Positions 9,226-18,667 of a stretch of 64,000 nt of DNA are shown here, piece by piece. Below the pieces are notes generated by a model that did not search any database, was not told the DNA's origin, and worked only from the letters and a program-made list of their open reading frames with translations. The position numbers and the translations under genes were made by a program. Position 1 is the stretch's first letter. Every line of letters begins with the position of its first letter. This stretch comes from Bradymonadia bacterium. GTDB lineage: Bacteria > Myxococcota_A > Bradymonadia > UBA7976 > UBA1532. The stretch spans positions 384,001 through 448,000 of the forward strand of contig JBKAGE010000078.1 in NCBI GenBank assembly GCA_046290225.1, written 5' to 3'.

Positions 9226-9982
9226 GGCGTTTCACCACCTGCTCGGCCACCCCCATGGCCGAGGCAGGGTTCTGGCCCGTGATCAGTCGATCGCTCACCG
9301 CCACGTTGGCCTTGAAGTTCTCCACCCCGATGAACTCCGCCCCACGCTCGCGCATCTTGCTCTCGAGCAGAAACGGCACCACCTCGGTGAGCTCCACCGC
9401 GGTCTCCTCGGCGTTGGTGAAGGCGGCGACCCTCTTGCCCTTCACGAGGTACTCGCCATCGGAGAGCTTCACGTTCACCAATGCCACCGGCCCATGGCAG
9501 ACCGCGGCCACCACCCCACCCTTCTCGTAGATGTCGGCGGTGAGCCTCTGGAGTATGGGGTCGTCGGGCAGATCCCACATCGTGCCGTGGCCGCCGGCGA
9601 AGAAGATGGCGTCGTAGTCCGAAGCCTTCACCTCCGAGGCCTTTACGGTATTCAGCGTGCGGCCCACCTTCTTGGGATCGTCGAGGAAGTCCACGTTGAT
9701 GGCATCTTCTCGGTTCACCCCGTCCATGGGCGCCTTGCCGCCCTTGGGCGAGACAAAGGTCATCTCGAAGCCCGCTTTGGAGAAGACATGAAACGGATGA
9801 CTGACCTCGGACAAGAAGAACCCGGTCTCTTTGCCGGTCTTGCCGAGCTCACCGTGGCTGGTGAGCACCATGAGGATGTGAGGTGGTTTGTTGCTCTTGG
9901 TGTGCTCCTTGGCCTCCGCAAGGCCAGAGAAGGCAGCGACGAGGCACAAAGCAATGAAGACCCTACGACTGGCTGACGACAC
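9215..9982 (-). CDS. DJ-1/PfpI (Hsp31-like) type 1 glutamine amidotransferase-domain protein with predicted signal peptide
   Basis: TSH..LG.TG..TGF..SE, GGHGTMWD, AVCHGP, LITGQNPAS motifs. Confidence 0.9.
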   Translation of the reverse strand: MSSASRRVFIALCLVAAFSGLAEAKEHTKSNKPPHILMVLTSHGELGKTGKETGFFLSEVSHPFHVFSKAGFEMTFVSPKGGKAPMDGVNREDAINVDFLDDPKKVGRTLNTVKASEVKASDYDAIFFAGGHGTMWDLPDDPILQRLTADIYEKGGVVAAVCHGPVALVNVKLSDGEYLVKGKRVAAFTNAEETAVELTEVVPFLLESKMRERGAEFIGVENFKANVAVSDRLITGQNPASAMGVAEQVVKRLSR

Positions 9983-10085
9983 TGACGAACTCTCGTGAAG
10001 TGAATGTGCGCCGGATCAGATGCCAGATCGACGCGATGCGTTCCATCGCCTCGGGCTCCCGCTCACCGACCTGCTGGGCACCCGC

Positions 10086-10565
10086 TCACATCTCGCCGGG
10101 CTCCCAGTGGGTCACCTCGAAGGTGGTGCTGCCCAGCTCCACTCCATCTTCGTCGAAGACCTTCACCTCCCAGTTGCCCATCTGGCTCACGCGCTTCATC
10201 GTGCTGCGGGACCAGGTGCGCCAGCGGCTGCTCTTGCCCACGTTCAGATCGACAGCCCACTTCCGCTTGCCGTCCTTGTACCAGACCATCCTCACCTGCT
10301 GGGCAGGCCCCGTGCGGTTGTTGAAGACAGCGTAGGCATGCACCGTGGGCTCATCAGGCAGCCGGAAGGCGGTGTTCTCGCCCTTCAACCGGCGCTTCTC
10401 TACGCCGGTGCCCATCTTCAGCGTGACGAGCTTGATGGCGCCCGCCTCGGCGGGGCCAGCGACGCCTCCATCTTCGATGTCGTGGGGGTCTTCTCCTGCC
10501 TGAGCGATGCCAGCGGTGCCGAGGATGAGGGCGAGGAGCAGGGTGAAGCGGGTGATGAGCGACAT
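10086..10565 (-). CDS. Secreted DUF2914-like domain protein
   Basis: AGGAGG RBS before ATG 10565; signal peptide; V.L.VG.S.RWRTWS...G.W.V.V.D..G..LG...FEV motif. Confidence 0.75.
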   Translation of the reverse strand: MSLITRFTLLLALILGTAGIAQAGEDPHDIEDGGVAGPAEAGAIKLVTLKMGTGVEKRRLKGENTAFRLPDEPTVHAYAVFNNRTGPAQQVRMVWYKDGKRKWAVDLNVGKSSRWRTWSRSTMKRVSQMGNWEVKVFDEDGVELGSTTFEVTHWEPGEM

Positions 10566-10612
10566 GAAGGCCTCCTTGAATCTTGATGCGTTTCGTAGAC
10601 GCAAGGAGGTAC

Positions 10613-10629
10613 TGCCAAGGGCGTGCCAA
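10613..10629 (-). promoter_or_regulatory. sigma54 (-24/-12) promoter of the DUF2914 gene
   Basis: Minus strand TTGGCACGCCCTTGGCA = GG-N10-GC, ~50 nt upstream of the start codon. Confidence 0.6.
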
Positions 10630-10701
10630 CCATTTTCGAGCGTTTCATCTGCGCCCGAGAGGCTCTTCGGCATCGAAAGCTCGCTTTAGAGTCAATAAAA
10701 G

Positions 10702-11796
10702 CTACTTTGAGTAGACTTCATTGACTTTCCACATCTCCCGTTCGAACTCCTGGCAGGGTGCCGATGATGCCTCGTAGGGCACCCGAATCCAGAGCAAGCG
10801 CCACTTTGGCAGATCTGCCTTGGGATCAGGCTCGAAGCCGTTGGCTTCGGCGATCAGCTTCACCGTCGTCCCGAACGATCGGGCCAGAGAACGCTGAGTC
10901 TCTCCACCCTCGGTGACGTACTGAAACAGCTGGTACCCCTTTGCCGCCTCGTACCGGTCGGCGTTCTCCATGGCTCTTGGAGACAGATAGCGAATGTGCA
11001 GGTGGGTCCGGTGGCCCGGCGCGTGAACGAAGAGTGCGTCCTTGTGCCGGCGGCCCTTGGGATACGCGAAGATGCCTTCGAGCTCTGACTCTGGGATCTG
11101 CAGTTCGTCACGGGCATAGCGATAAATGCGGCCCTGTTGGCGGTAGTCCAGAATGCCCACCTCGATGGGGCCATTCCGGATCAGCGCGTTGATGAGGGCC
11201 CAGGTCTTCTCGGGATCCATCGGCCCCCGCAAACCTTCGCCAGCAGGCTCGAAGTACAACAAGATGTCCACGTCCCGACCGGTCTGGTGGGATCGGTGGG
11301 GCTTGATGCGGCGGCCGCGATATTTGGAGATCTCCGTCACCACGAGATCAGGGCCCTCAGGGTAGAGCGCCATCATCTCGTCAGCGGCCTTGCGCACCGC
11401 CTGAACTGTCTCCCGAGTGCCCCACGCAGCCCGGGTGCGCAGGTAGATGCCCGACCGTTCGGTCAGCCACACCGGGTTGGACTGATAGCCATGATTCGGA
11501 TCACCTACAGAACGGCTGGGCCAGAAGAGCGGGCCCAGGGTGTTGTCCGCGGCGCGACTGAGGGCGTGCAGCTCACCACGAAACACCTCGACCGCTTGCT
11601 CGACGCCCGTCACGACCGAGAGCTGGACGTCACCACCCCCAGGAGGCGCCTCAAGGGCTTTCTGCTGTTGTTGGTAGTCCGGGTGGGTGCGCCAGTCTAC
11701 CCACTGGCCTTTACGGCCAGTAGCGTCTCCGAGGGCCCACTGCGCCCACAGGGCACCGCAAACCAGCACGGTGGCGCCCAGGGCGACGTGCTTCAC
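10702..11796 (-). CDS. Penicillin-insensitive murein endopeptidase (MepA-like) with C-terminal LysM-like domain
   Basis: AWGT.ETV, PHRSHQTGRDVD, GH.THLHIR motifs; C-terminal GET..SLARSFGTTV..IAEAN. Confidence 0.8.
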   Translation of the reverse strand: MKHVALGATVLVCGALWAQWALGDATGRKGQWVDWRTHPDYQQQQKALEAPPGGGDVQLSVVTGVEQAVEVFRGELHALSRAADNTLGPLFWPSRSVGDPNHGYQSNPVWLTERSGIYLRTRAAWGTRETVQAVRKAADEMMALYPEGPDLVVTEISKYRGRRIKPHRSHQTGRDVDILLYFEPAGEGLRGPMDPEKTWALINALIRNGPIEVGILDYRQQGRIYRYARDELQIPESELEGIFAYPKGRRHKDALFVHAPGHRTHLHIRYLSPRAMENADRYEAAKGYQLFQYVTEGGETQRSLARSFGTTVKLIAEANGFEPDPKADLPKWRLLWIRVPYEASSAPCQEFEREMWKVNEVYSK

Positions 11797-12605
11797 AGCC
11801 CGAACCCCATCTGCTCCACCTTGCCCAACGTGCGGCGCACATGCTCTCGCGCCTCGTCGGGCAGATCAGGTCGACCGAGCATCCAACGCAGGTACTCGTG
11901 CTCAGCGTCGACGAGACGAGTACCCACGTGCTTGCCCAGGCCGAGCCTGAGCGTGCCGTCCTTGCGATCTTCGTAGAGGTAACGACCGAAACGCTCCATC
12001 TCGGCGTCCAGGTCACGCTGAATCTGTGCCTGTCGGGCAAAGGCCTCGTCGACATCGTCAGGCAAAATGCCCGCAGCCAGCATGCCCATGAGCAGCAGCC
12101 CCGTGGCGTAGGAGTCGGCGTCGGCGCTGTGGGCGCGATCTTCCGGCAGCTTGATGCCATAGAGTTCGCACACAGTGCCCAGCTTCAAGGTGCGCTCTCC
12201 ACGGTGATCCCACCGGGCCCACAGGAACGGATCGAGAATCGGAGGCAGTCGCCACTCGATGCCGTGGCGATCATTCTCGGCATGGATGATGGCGGCATCG
12301 AAGAAGATGGCGTTGTAACCGCACAACACCGGCTTTACCTCGTCGAGATGAGCCTTGAGACGGCCAGCCACCTCGGGCCACTTTGGGGCGTTGGCTACAT
12401 CTTCGGCCCGAATACCGTGCACGGTGATGGCCCCTGCGGAGATGTACTGGCCAGGGTTCACTGGGGTCCGCTGCAAGGGCCCCCAAGGTTGGCCCCGAAA
12501 CACATAAGCGCCTCCGAGCTCGATGATGCGGTCGAACTCCACCTTGGGGCCGGTGGTCTCGGTGTCGATGGCCAGGATCAACGAATCTGACAAACGCATG
12601 CACAA
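11793..12605 (-). CDS. DEDDh 3'-5' exonuclease (DnaQ/ExoX-like) with DUF3820-like C-terminal domain
   Basis: ExoI IDTETTG, ExoII GYNAIFFD, ExoIII AHSADAD; tail LGKHVG...YLRWML. Confidence 0.88.
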   Translation of the reverse strand: MCMRLSDSLILAIDTETTGPKVEFDRIIELGGAYVFRGQPWGPLQRTPVNPGQYISAGAITVHGIRAEDVANAPKWPEVAGRLKAHLDEVKPVLCGYNAIFFDAAIIHAENDRHGIEWRLPPILDPFLWARWDHRGERTLKLGTVCELYGIKLPEDRAHSADADSYATGLLLMGMLAAGILPDDVDEAFARQAQIQRDLDAEMERFGRYLYEDRKDGTLRLGLGKHVGTRLVDAEHEYLRWMLGRPDLPDEAREHVRRTLGKVEQMGFGL

Positions 12606-12677
12606 CCCTTCGCCGGGGAAACTGCGGGTCGGAGAGCATACGGAGAAGCGCTCACTGTGTGAAGAGGCTCACGCCTC

Positions 12678-14807
12678 TCAGGGGCAGGCATCACCCCCAG
12701 CGATGGTGAACCTGATCAGATAGCCAGTGCTCCCCTGCCAGCTCGTCTGCCCGCCGACGACGAAGCCACCATCGCACCCAGGCCTGAAGGCTGCGTCATA
12801 GAGGTAGGTGTTGCTGTCAGCGTTGTACGGCGGATCTTCCCAGCCAGGGACTGAGACGTCGATCATCTCGCACACCAGGGCATCACACCGATACAGGTCG
12901 TGGCGATACTCGATCACGGTGCCCCGCAGAGGGTTCACGCCACTGCGGCCGAGAATCAAGGCCCGACGCCCGTTGGGCTGGAAGGCGACGCCGTAGATGC
13001 CCTGACGGGAGAACCGGGGGGCATCACCGTACGCATTGAGCTGCCCACCCTCGAATCGGTAGACCGCGCGGCCCGACCAGCTGACCACCAGGGCGTAGTC
13101 TCCACCAGGCCAGCGGGCCACTCGAGACGTGTTCCCGAGGTTGTTGTTTCCAGGGTTCACCCGCCACTCTCCCACCCCACCGATGACGGCATAGAACAGG
13201 GTCTCGGCGCCGTTCTCCCCACAGGCCACGAAGACGCCGGTGCCACCAAACTCGTCGGGGGCGAAGGCGATGTCGTCACACCCGGTGCCTGAGAACTGCG
13301 CGGGGGCCTGCCCCACGAACTCACCGAGGCCTTCTGGGCCGCCGAAGGGATCGAAAGACCACAAGAAGGCGGTCCGCGCGCCTGAGTTCCCACCTCGGCC
13401 CAAGATGACGGGGTGCGCCCAGTTGTCGTCTGCCCAGGGGGGCATCTCCACTGCTTCGAAGGTGATCCCAGGCAGGCGGCCCACTTCGCTCACCGCAGGC
13501 AGGCCTGCTTGCCAGAGCAGATGATCGAACCAGAACACCACCCCGGCGGGGGCGTCGTCGACGGCCCCGACGATGAGCGCCCCTCGGCCGTCTCGGGTGA
13601 AGTTCACGTCTCTCAGACGCAGCCCACCACCAAGGGCCACAGGGGTGGCCTGGCCCGTCGCCCAATCCACGACGAAGAGCCGATCGTTCCGCTCAAGCGT
13701 GATGGCGTATTCACCCTGCGGGTGGAACGCGATCTGGTGCAGCTCGTCGAGGCCACCCACCGGCAGGCGATCGTAGACATAAGCGCCTGGGGGAGGCGTG
13801 GGCTGCTCCACGAAGGCGTCCGGTACGCTGAAGTCGGGCACCCCCTCGTCAGGGATCTCGGCGTCGGGGATTTCGAAGTCCGGGATCTCCATGTCGGGGA
13901 TCTCCATGTCGGGGATCTCTACATCAGGTACTTCTGCATCTGGTACCTCTGCATCTGGAACCTCCATGTCGGGGATCTCCGCATCGGGCACCGCGATGTC
14001 CGGGATGTCTGCATCCGGTACCAAAACATCAGGCAGCTCAGCATCCGGGATCTCCATGTCAGGGATCTCTACATCCGGGATCTGGGCATCAGGGATTGCC
14101 GCATCGGGCACCTCGGCATCCGGTACCTCACGATCGGGCACCTCGGCATCTGGAATCTCCATGTCGGGGATCTCAGCGTCGGGGCCAGTGGAGGAGGCAT
14201 CAGGCACCAACATGTCGATCATCGACGCGTCGGGCACCTGTACATCTAGCAACTCTGCGTCGGGTACATCGGCGTCAGGAGACGAAGCATCGGGTGCCTG
14301 CATGTCCGGTACGGGTCGAGCGTCAGGCACGCCTTCGTCGAGCAGCTCAGCGTCCTCGACAGCGGCATCGAGGACCTGATTCGGCCGCTCTGGCTGGCAC
14401 AACCCATCGAGACATGCCTCTCCGAGCAGGCAGTCGTCGGCCCCGTCACATGACCGACCGCCCAGAGGCACACAGATGCGCAATTGTGGATCACAGGCCT
14501 GGTCTTGTGGGCAGTCCCGATTGCGGCTGCAGGCGATCGACGCGTCACTCTGACACTCACCCACTCCGCAGTCGCGATCCGGATCGAGAGCAGGGGCTAC
14601 AGTGCAGGTGCCCTCGACGCAGGTGGCGCCCCGTGGACAGTCCGTACTGGTGGTACAGCTCCCACACCCACCGTCGCTGCACCGCGGGCCCGCTGTTCCG
14701 CCACCTCCGTCACCGTCAGCGCACCCTCCGAGGAGCATCACCAGCGCACACAGAGCGGCCCTGGCCCAGGCCATGCCTCTCACAATCGATGCCAATGATG
14801 CGTTCAC
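12678..14807 (-). CDS. Cys-rich lipoprotein with Pro-Asp repeat stalk and C-terminal beta-propeller-like domain
   Basis: Lipobox LLGGC; C-x4-C-x5-C-x4-C repeats; PDxEx repeats; propeller-like blades (IAFHPQG, VNFTRDG, IAFAPD, VARWPGG, VAFQPNG, AAFRPG); start is GTG 14807 or ATG 14774. Confidence 0.8.
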   Translation of the reverse strand: MNASLASIVRGMAWARAALCALVMLLGGCADGDGGGGTAGPRCSDGGCGSCTTSTDCPRGATCVEGTCTVAPALDPDRDCGVGECQSDASIACSRNRDCPQDQACDPQLRICVPLGGRSCDGADDCLLGEACLDGLCQPERPNQVLDAAVEDAELLDEGVPDARPVPDMQAPDASSPDADVPDAELLDVQVPDASMIDMLVPDASSTGPDAEIPDMEIPDAEVPDREVPDAEVPDAAIPDAQIPDVEIPDMEIPDAELPDVLVPDADIPDIAVPDAEIPDMEVPDAEVPDAEVPDVEIPDMEIPDMEIPDFEIPDAEIPDEGVPDFSVPDAFVEQPTPPPGAYVYDRLPVGGLDELHQIAFHPQGEYAITLERNDRLFVVDWATGQATPVALGGGLRLRDVNFTRDGRGALIVGAVDDAPAGVVFWFDHLLWQAGLPAVSEVGRLPGITFEAVEMPPWADDNWAHPVILGRGGNSGARTAFLWSFDPFGGPEGLGEFVGQAPAQFSGTGCDDIAFAPDEFGGTGVFVACGENGAETLFYAVIGGVGEWRVNPGNNNLGNTSRVARWPGGDYALVVSWSGRAVYRFEGGQLNAYGDAPRFSRQGIYGVAFQPNGRRALILGRSGVNPLRGTVIEYRHDLYRCDALVCEMIDVSVPGWEDPPYNADSNTYLYDAAFRPGCDGGFVVGGQTSWQGSTGYLIRFTIAGGDACP
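13809..14183 (-). repeat. 15-bp coding tandem repeat, 25 x PD(A/M/V)E(I/V)-type pentapeptide
   Basis: PDAEI PDMEI PDAEV PDREV ... PDFSV PDAFV, with more degenerate copies to ~14370. Confidence 0.92.
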
Positions 14808-15029
14808 AGATCTCTCCCAGGCACATCTTCTTCGGGGGCAGCCCATCGCGTCGCCCCTTCGTTCCACCGCACAACCCCGAGGGTCAGCAGTCGGCAACAT
14901 ATCAAGCCCACCACGTCGCAGGCGAGCCCCAGCCTGCCCACGGTACGGCGAAGCCAACTGCCTGCTCTTGCCTGCCCTCGATTGCTGGCGCAGGATAGGC
15001 CTCCTCACTCGCCATGTGGAGCGACTTGC

Positions 15030-16649
15030 GTGCGGCCTCTCTCTCGTCTAGCAGCCCTTGCCCCTCTCTCTGCCCTCTCGCTGGGCGTCGGACTCACTCT
15101 GGGTTTGAGCACCCTCACGAGTACAGGCTGTGGAGGTGGCCCATCGGTCCGCTCGGCCACGACAGAGACTGCAGCAGAGGCCCTGGAGTGGTTCAGGACG
15201 CTGGACGCGCGGTATGAAGCCTTCCGCCAGCCCATCGCCGCCTTCCGCTGGCGCCAGCTCGGTGGACCTGACGAGGGCGCGGCGCCGAACTTCGCCGAAG
15301 CGAAGAAGGCAGAGGCGAACTTCCTCAATGACGCCGAGCTTGATCTGCGCCTCGCCGCTCTGGAGAAACACAAGGCCCCAGCCATCGCCGCGCTCGCCCG
15401 GGCGTGGCGCCAGCTCAGGCAACGCTATGGTGTGCTCGACGCCCCCAGCGTGCGGGCCTTGCAAACCCGCCTGGATCACGCCCTCGCTGGTCCCCCTGGC
15501 AGCGTCTCTGCTGATCGGGGCGAGCGATGGTTGAGCGCCGGCGCTGACGCCAAAGGCCGCACCGACGCCCTGAGGGCCATCGCCAAGCGCACCGCAGCGG
15601 CTCTACCGTTACTCATCGAGCGGGCGCGGCGGCTCGACACCATCGCCCGAAATCGCGGCACCCGCGACTACCCCGATCTCGCCACAGGCCTGCCTCTCAA
15701 GGGGGCGCTCTCTGGCATCGAGCAGCAGTGCAGCCTCAACCTCGGTCAGACGCAAGCAGCCTGGCGCGCCCTGATGACCCGCGGCGCGGCCAAGCTGGGG
15801 CGCCAACCCCACGAGGGGGACTTTCAGTCGCTGACGGAGTCCTGGCTCGGCGAGACCAGCTCGTGGATGACCCAGCAAGCCGTTCACGAGGCCCTCGGCA
15901 ATACACTCACCACTTGGGGGTTGATGCGAGGGCCGTTGCCCTCGGCGGTGGAAGCACAGGGACAAGGGCCCGAGGGTGCTCGAGTCGTGGCAGTGGCCGC
16001 TCCCAACGACGTGCGCATCATCGGGCGCTTTCCTGATGGCTACCTCGGCGCCCGGGCGTGGGCTCGGGGCATGGCCCGGGTGGTGTACGCCCGGACCATC
16101 GACCAGCAACACCAGCCCTATCGGCAACTGCCCCACAGCGAGGCCCTCGTCGAGGGCTTCTCCAACCTCGTGGCCAGCCTGCTGAGAGATCCCCAGTGGC
16201 TTCGGCAGGCTTTTCCCACGGTGGATCCCGGCCTGATTCAGGGGCACCTCGATGCGGTGGCAGCATACGAAGCCTGGTCGCTGCGCCAGACGTGCCTGCT
16301 CGCCCGTCTGGAGCTCGAAGCCCACACTGATCGCGATCTCGTGACCCGACACCGGCAGATCTTCGATGAGAGCTTCGGTCAGCTGCCCATGGCACCGCCA
16401 GCCTGGCTCTCTCCTGCCCTCATGCGGCAGCCCCTCGCGGCTTGGTCTCAGGTCGTCGGGCGCCATGTGGGCGACGTGCTGCTCAGCCGCGTGGGCGATC
16501 GCCCCATGGCAGACGCCGACGTCGGCCGGTGGTTGCGACTCGGGTTGCTGTCCAAGGGCAACCGGCTCACCCTCACTCAGGTCCTCGATCCCAAGGTCAG
16601 CCCCACACTTCAGCAATGGCTGACCATCCAGAGTACGACTGGCAGCTGA
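15030..16649 (+). CDS. Lipoprotein resembling gluzincin (M3/M2-type) peptidases but lacking HExxH
   Basis: GGAG RBS before GTG 15030; lipobox-like STGC; P.DVRI...G......RGMAR...EALVEGFSNL..SLLRDPQWL aligns by eye with the gluzincin core. Confidence 0.55.
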   Translation: MRPLSRLAALAPLSALSLGVGLTLGLSTLTSTGCGGGPSVRSATTETAAEALEWFRTLDARYEAFRQPIAAFRWRQLGGPDEGAAPNFAEAKKAEANFLNDAELDLRLAALEKHKAPAIAALARAWRQLRQRYGVLDAPSVRALQTRLDHALAGPPGSVSADRGERWLSAGADAKGRTDALRAIAKRTAAALPLLIERARRLDTIARNRGTRDYPDLATGLPLKGALSGIEQQCSLNLGQTQAAWRALMTRGAAKLGRQPHEGDFQSLTESWLGETSSWMTQQAVHEALGNTLTTWGLMRGPLPSAVEAQGQGPEGARVVAVAAPNDVRIIGRFPDGYLGARAWARGMARVVYARTIDQQHQPYRQLPHSEALVEGFSNLVASLLRDPQWLRQAFPTVDPGLIQGHLDAVAAYEAWSLRQTCLLARLELEAHTDRDLVTRHRQIFDESFGQLPMAPPAWLSPALMRQPLAAWSQVVGRHVGDVLLSRVGDRPMADADVGRWLRLGLLSKGNRLTLTQVLDPKVSPTLQQWLTIQSTTGS

Positions 16650-16750
16650 GCCCACAGCGCCCTCGTCATGGGCCACCCCATTTCGAACTTCTTGATTCCC
16701 CAGAGCCTGCGGCTTACCCATGGGCCGAGAAACCACACGAAAAGGAGTCG

Positions 16751-18604
16751 ATGATGACGACCCAGACTACAACTACGACCGACGCCGACGCCCTCTACGC
16801 CATCCGCCACAGCCTGAGCCACATCATGGCCCAGGCGGTGCTGCAGATTCGGCCAGGGTCTACCCTGGGCTTCGGGCCACCGATTGATGACGGGTTCTAT
16901 TACGACTTCATCTTGTCGTCTCCGATCACCGAGGAAGACTTCCCGGAGATCGAGAAGAAGATGAAGCACATCATCAAGCAGAACCAGGCCTTCGAGCGCG
17001 AGGAGCTGCCTGCTGAAGAGGCTCTGGCCCGCATCAACGAGATGAACGAGCCCTACAAGATGGAGTACGCCCAGGAGCTGCTCGAGAAGAAGGGCCTCGA
17101 CGGCCTCACGTTCTACCGCAACGGGCCTTTCCTCGACATGTGTGACGGCCCCCACGTGGAGAAGACCCGAGAGCTCGCCAAGGCTGGGTACAAGCTGCGC
17201 TCGGTGGCCGGTGCCTACTGGCGGGGCGACTCGAAGAACGTGATGATGACCCGCATCTACGCCTGGGCCTTCGCCGATCGCGAGACCCTCAACACCCACG
17301 TGAAAGCGTACAAAGAAGCCCAGGCGCGAGATCACAAGAAGCTGGGCAAGAGCCTCGACATCTTCGTCATCGACGACGAGATCGGGAAGGGCCTGCCCCT
17401 GTGGCTGCCCAACGGCACCGTGATCCGCGATCAGCTCGAGGCCCTCGCTCGGGAGCTGGAGTTCAAGGCGGGCTACCAGCGGGTGGTGACCCCCCACCTG
17501 ACCAAGGCCAGCCTGTACTACAAGACCGGCCACCTGCCCTACTACACCGACTCCATGTACCCCATGATGGAGCTCAAGGAGACGGTGGAGACTGACGACG
17601 GCGGCACGGAGCAAGTGGTGAAGGAGCAATACATGCTCCGGCCCATGAACTGCCCGCACCACCACCGCGTGTACGCGTCTCGCAAGCGCAGCTACCGCGA
17701 TCTGCCCGTTCGCCTGGCAGAGTACGGCACCGTGTACCGCTTCGAGGACTCCGGGGCGCTCTCCGGCATGCTCCGGGTACGTGGGATGAGCATGAACGAC
17801 GCCCACATCTACTGCACCGCCGATCAGATCCATCAGGAGTTCCTCGGGGTGATGGAGATGCACCGCGAGGCCTACAGCATCCTCGGGCTGAGCGACTATC
17901 ACATGCGCTTCTCCACCTGGGATCCGGAGGATCCCAAGGGCAAGCAGAAGTTCATCGACGATCCGGAGGGCTGGGCCATGGCTCAGCGTCTGGTCCAGGA
18001 GGCCATGGACGCCTCGGGTCTCCCCTACGTCGAGGGCAAGGGCGAGGCGGCCTTCTACGGCCCCAAGGTGGACTTCCAGTTCCGCACGGTGACCGGCCGT
18101 GAGGAGACGGCGAGCACCAACCAGCTCGACTTCGGCGTCGCCGGTCGCCTGGGCCTCACCTACACCGACTCCGACGGCACCGAGAAGACCCCCTACATCA
18201 TCCACCGGGCCCCTCTGGGCACCCACGAGCGCTTTGTGGCCTTCTTGATCGAGCACTACGGGGGCGCCTTCCCCACCTGGCTATCTCCGGTCCAGGTGCA
18301 GATCGTCCCCGTGGCGGAGACCTTCGTCGAGTACGGCGAGAAGCTCGTGAGCGAGCTCCGCGGAGAGATGGTCCGGGCAGAGATCGACGCGGGCAACGAC
18401 ACCTTGAACAAGAAGGTGCGCAACGCGGTCACCCGCAAGATCCCGAACGTTCTGGTGGTGGGCGAGCGGGAGATGCTCGAGCAGTCGGTCACCCTGCGCC
18501 GCTACGGCAGCCGCGAGCAGGTCACCATGCCCTTCGCGGAGTTCAAGGCCCGGCTCCTGACCACCATCAAACGACGCACTCAGACCTTCGTCGACGAGGC
18601 CTGA
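16751..18604 (+). CDS. thrS: Threonine--tRNA ligase (lacks the N1/TGS domain)
   Basis: RHSLSHIMAQAV, DMCDGPHV, RDHKKLG, PMNCPHH, AAFYGPKVD, IIHRAPLG; AAGGAG RBS before ATG 16751. Confidence 0.97.
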   Translation: MMTTQTTTTTDADALYAIRHSLSHIMAQAVLQIRPGSTLGFGPPIDDGFYYDFILSSPITEEDFPEIEKKMKHIIKQNQAFEREELPAEEALARINEMNEPYKMEYAQELLEKKGLDGLTFYRNGPFLDMCDGPHVEKTRELAKAGYKLRSVAGAYWRGDSKNVMMTRIYAWAFADRETLNTHVKAYKEAQARDHKKLGKSLDIFVIDDEIGKGLPLWLPNGTVIRDQLEALARELEFKAGYQRVVTPHLTKASLYYKTGHLPYYTDSMYPMMELKETVETDDGGTEQVVKEQYMLRPMNCPHHHRVYASRKRSYRDLPVRLAEYGTVYRFEDSGALSGMLRVRGMSMNDAHIYCTADQIHQEFLGVMEMHREAYSILGLSDYHMRFSTWDPEDPKGKQKFIDDPEGWAMAQRLVQEAMDASGLPYVEGKGEAAFYGPKVDFQFRTVTGREETASTNQLDFGVAGRLGLTYTDSDGTEKTPYIIHRAPLGTHERFVAFLIEHYGGAFPTWLSPVQVQIVPVAETFVEYGEKLVSELRGEMVRAEIDAGNDTLNKKVRNAVTRKIPNVLVVGEREMLEQSVTLRRYGSREQVTMPFAEFKARLLTTIKRRTQTFVDEA

Positions 18605-18610
18605 GGCCAC

Positions 18611-18629
18611 GCGCCCTCTTCGGGGGCGC
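18611..18629 (+). terminator. GC-rich hairpin after thrS
   Basis: GCGCCCTC-TTC-GGGGGCGC just after the stop; weak U-tract. Confidence 0.4.
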
Positions 18630-18667
18630 TCTCAACCCTTCGAGCCAGGTTGGCGGGAGGCGGGCGC

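Noticed and set aside
13809..14183. Regular short repeats as a possible CRISPR array
   Set aside because: In-frame 15-bp coding repeats without unique spacers; no cas genes
16442..16750. N-terminal extension of ThrS in the ORF track
   Set aside because: Overlaps the upstream gene and is not TGS-like; the RBS supports a start at 16751
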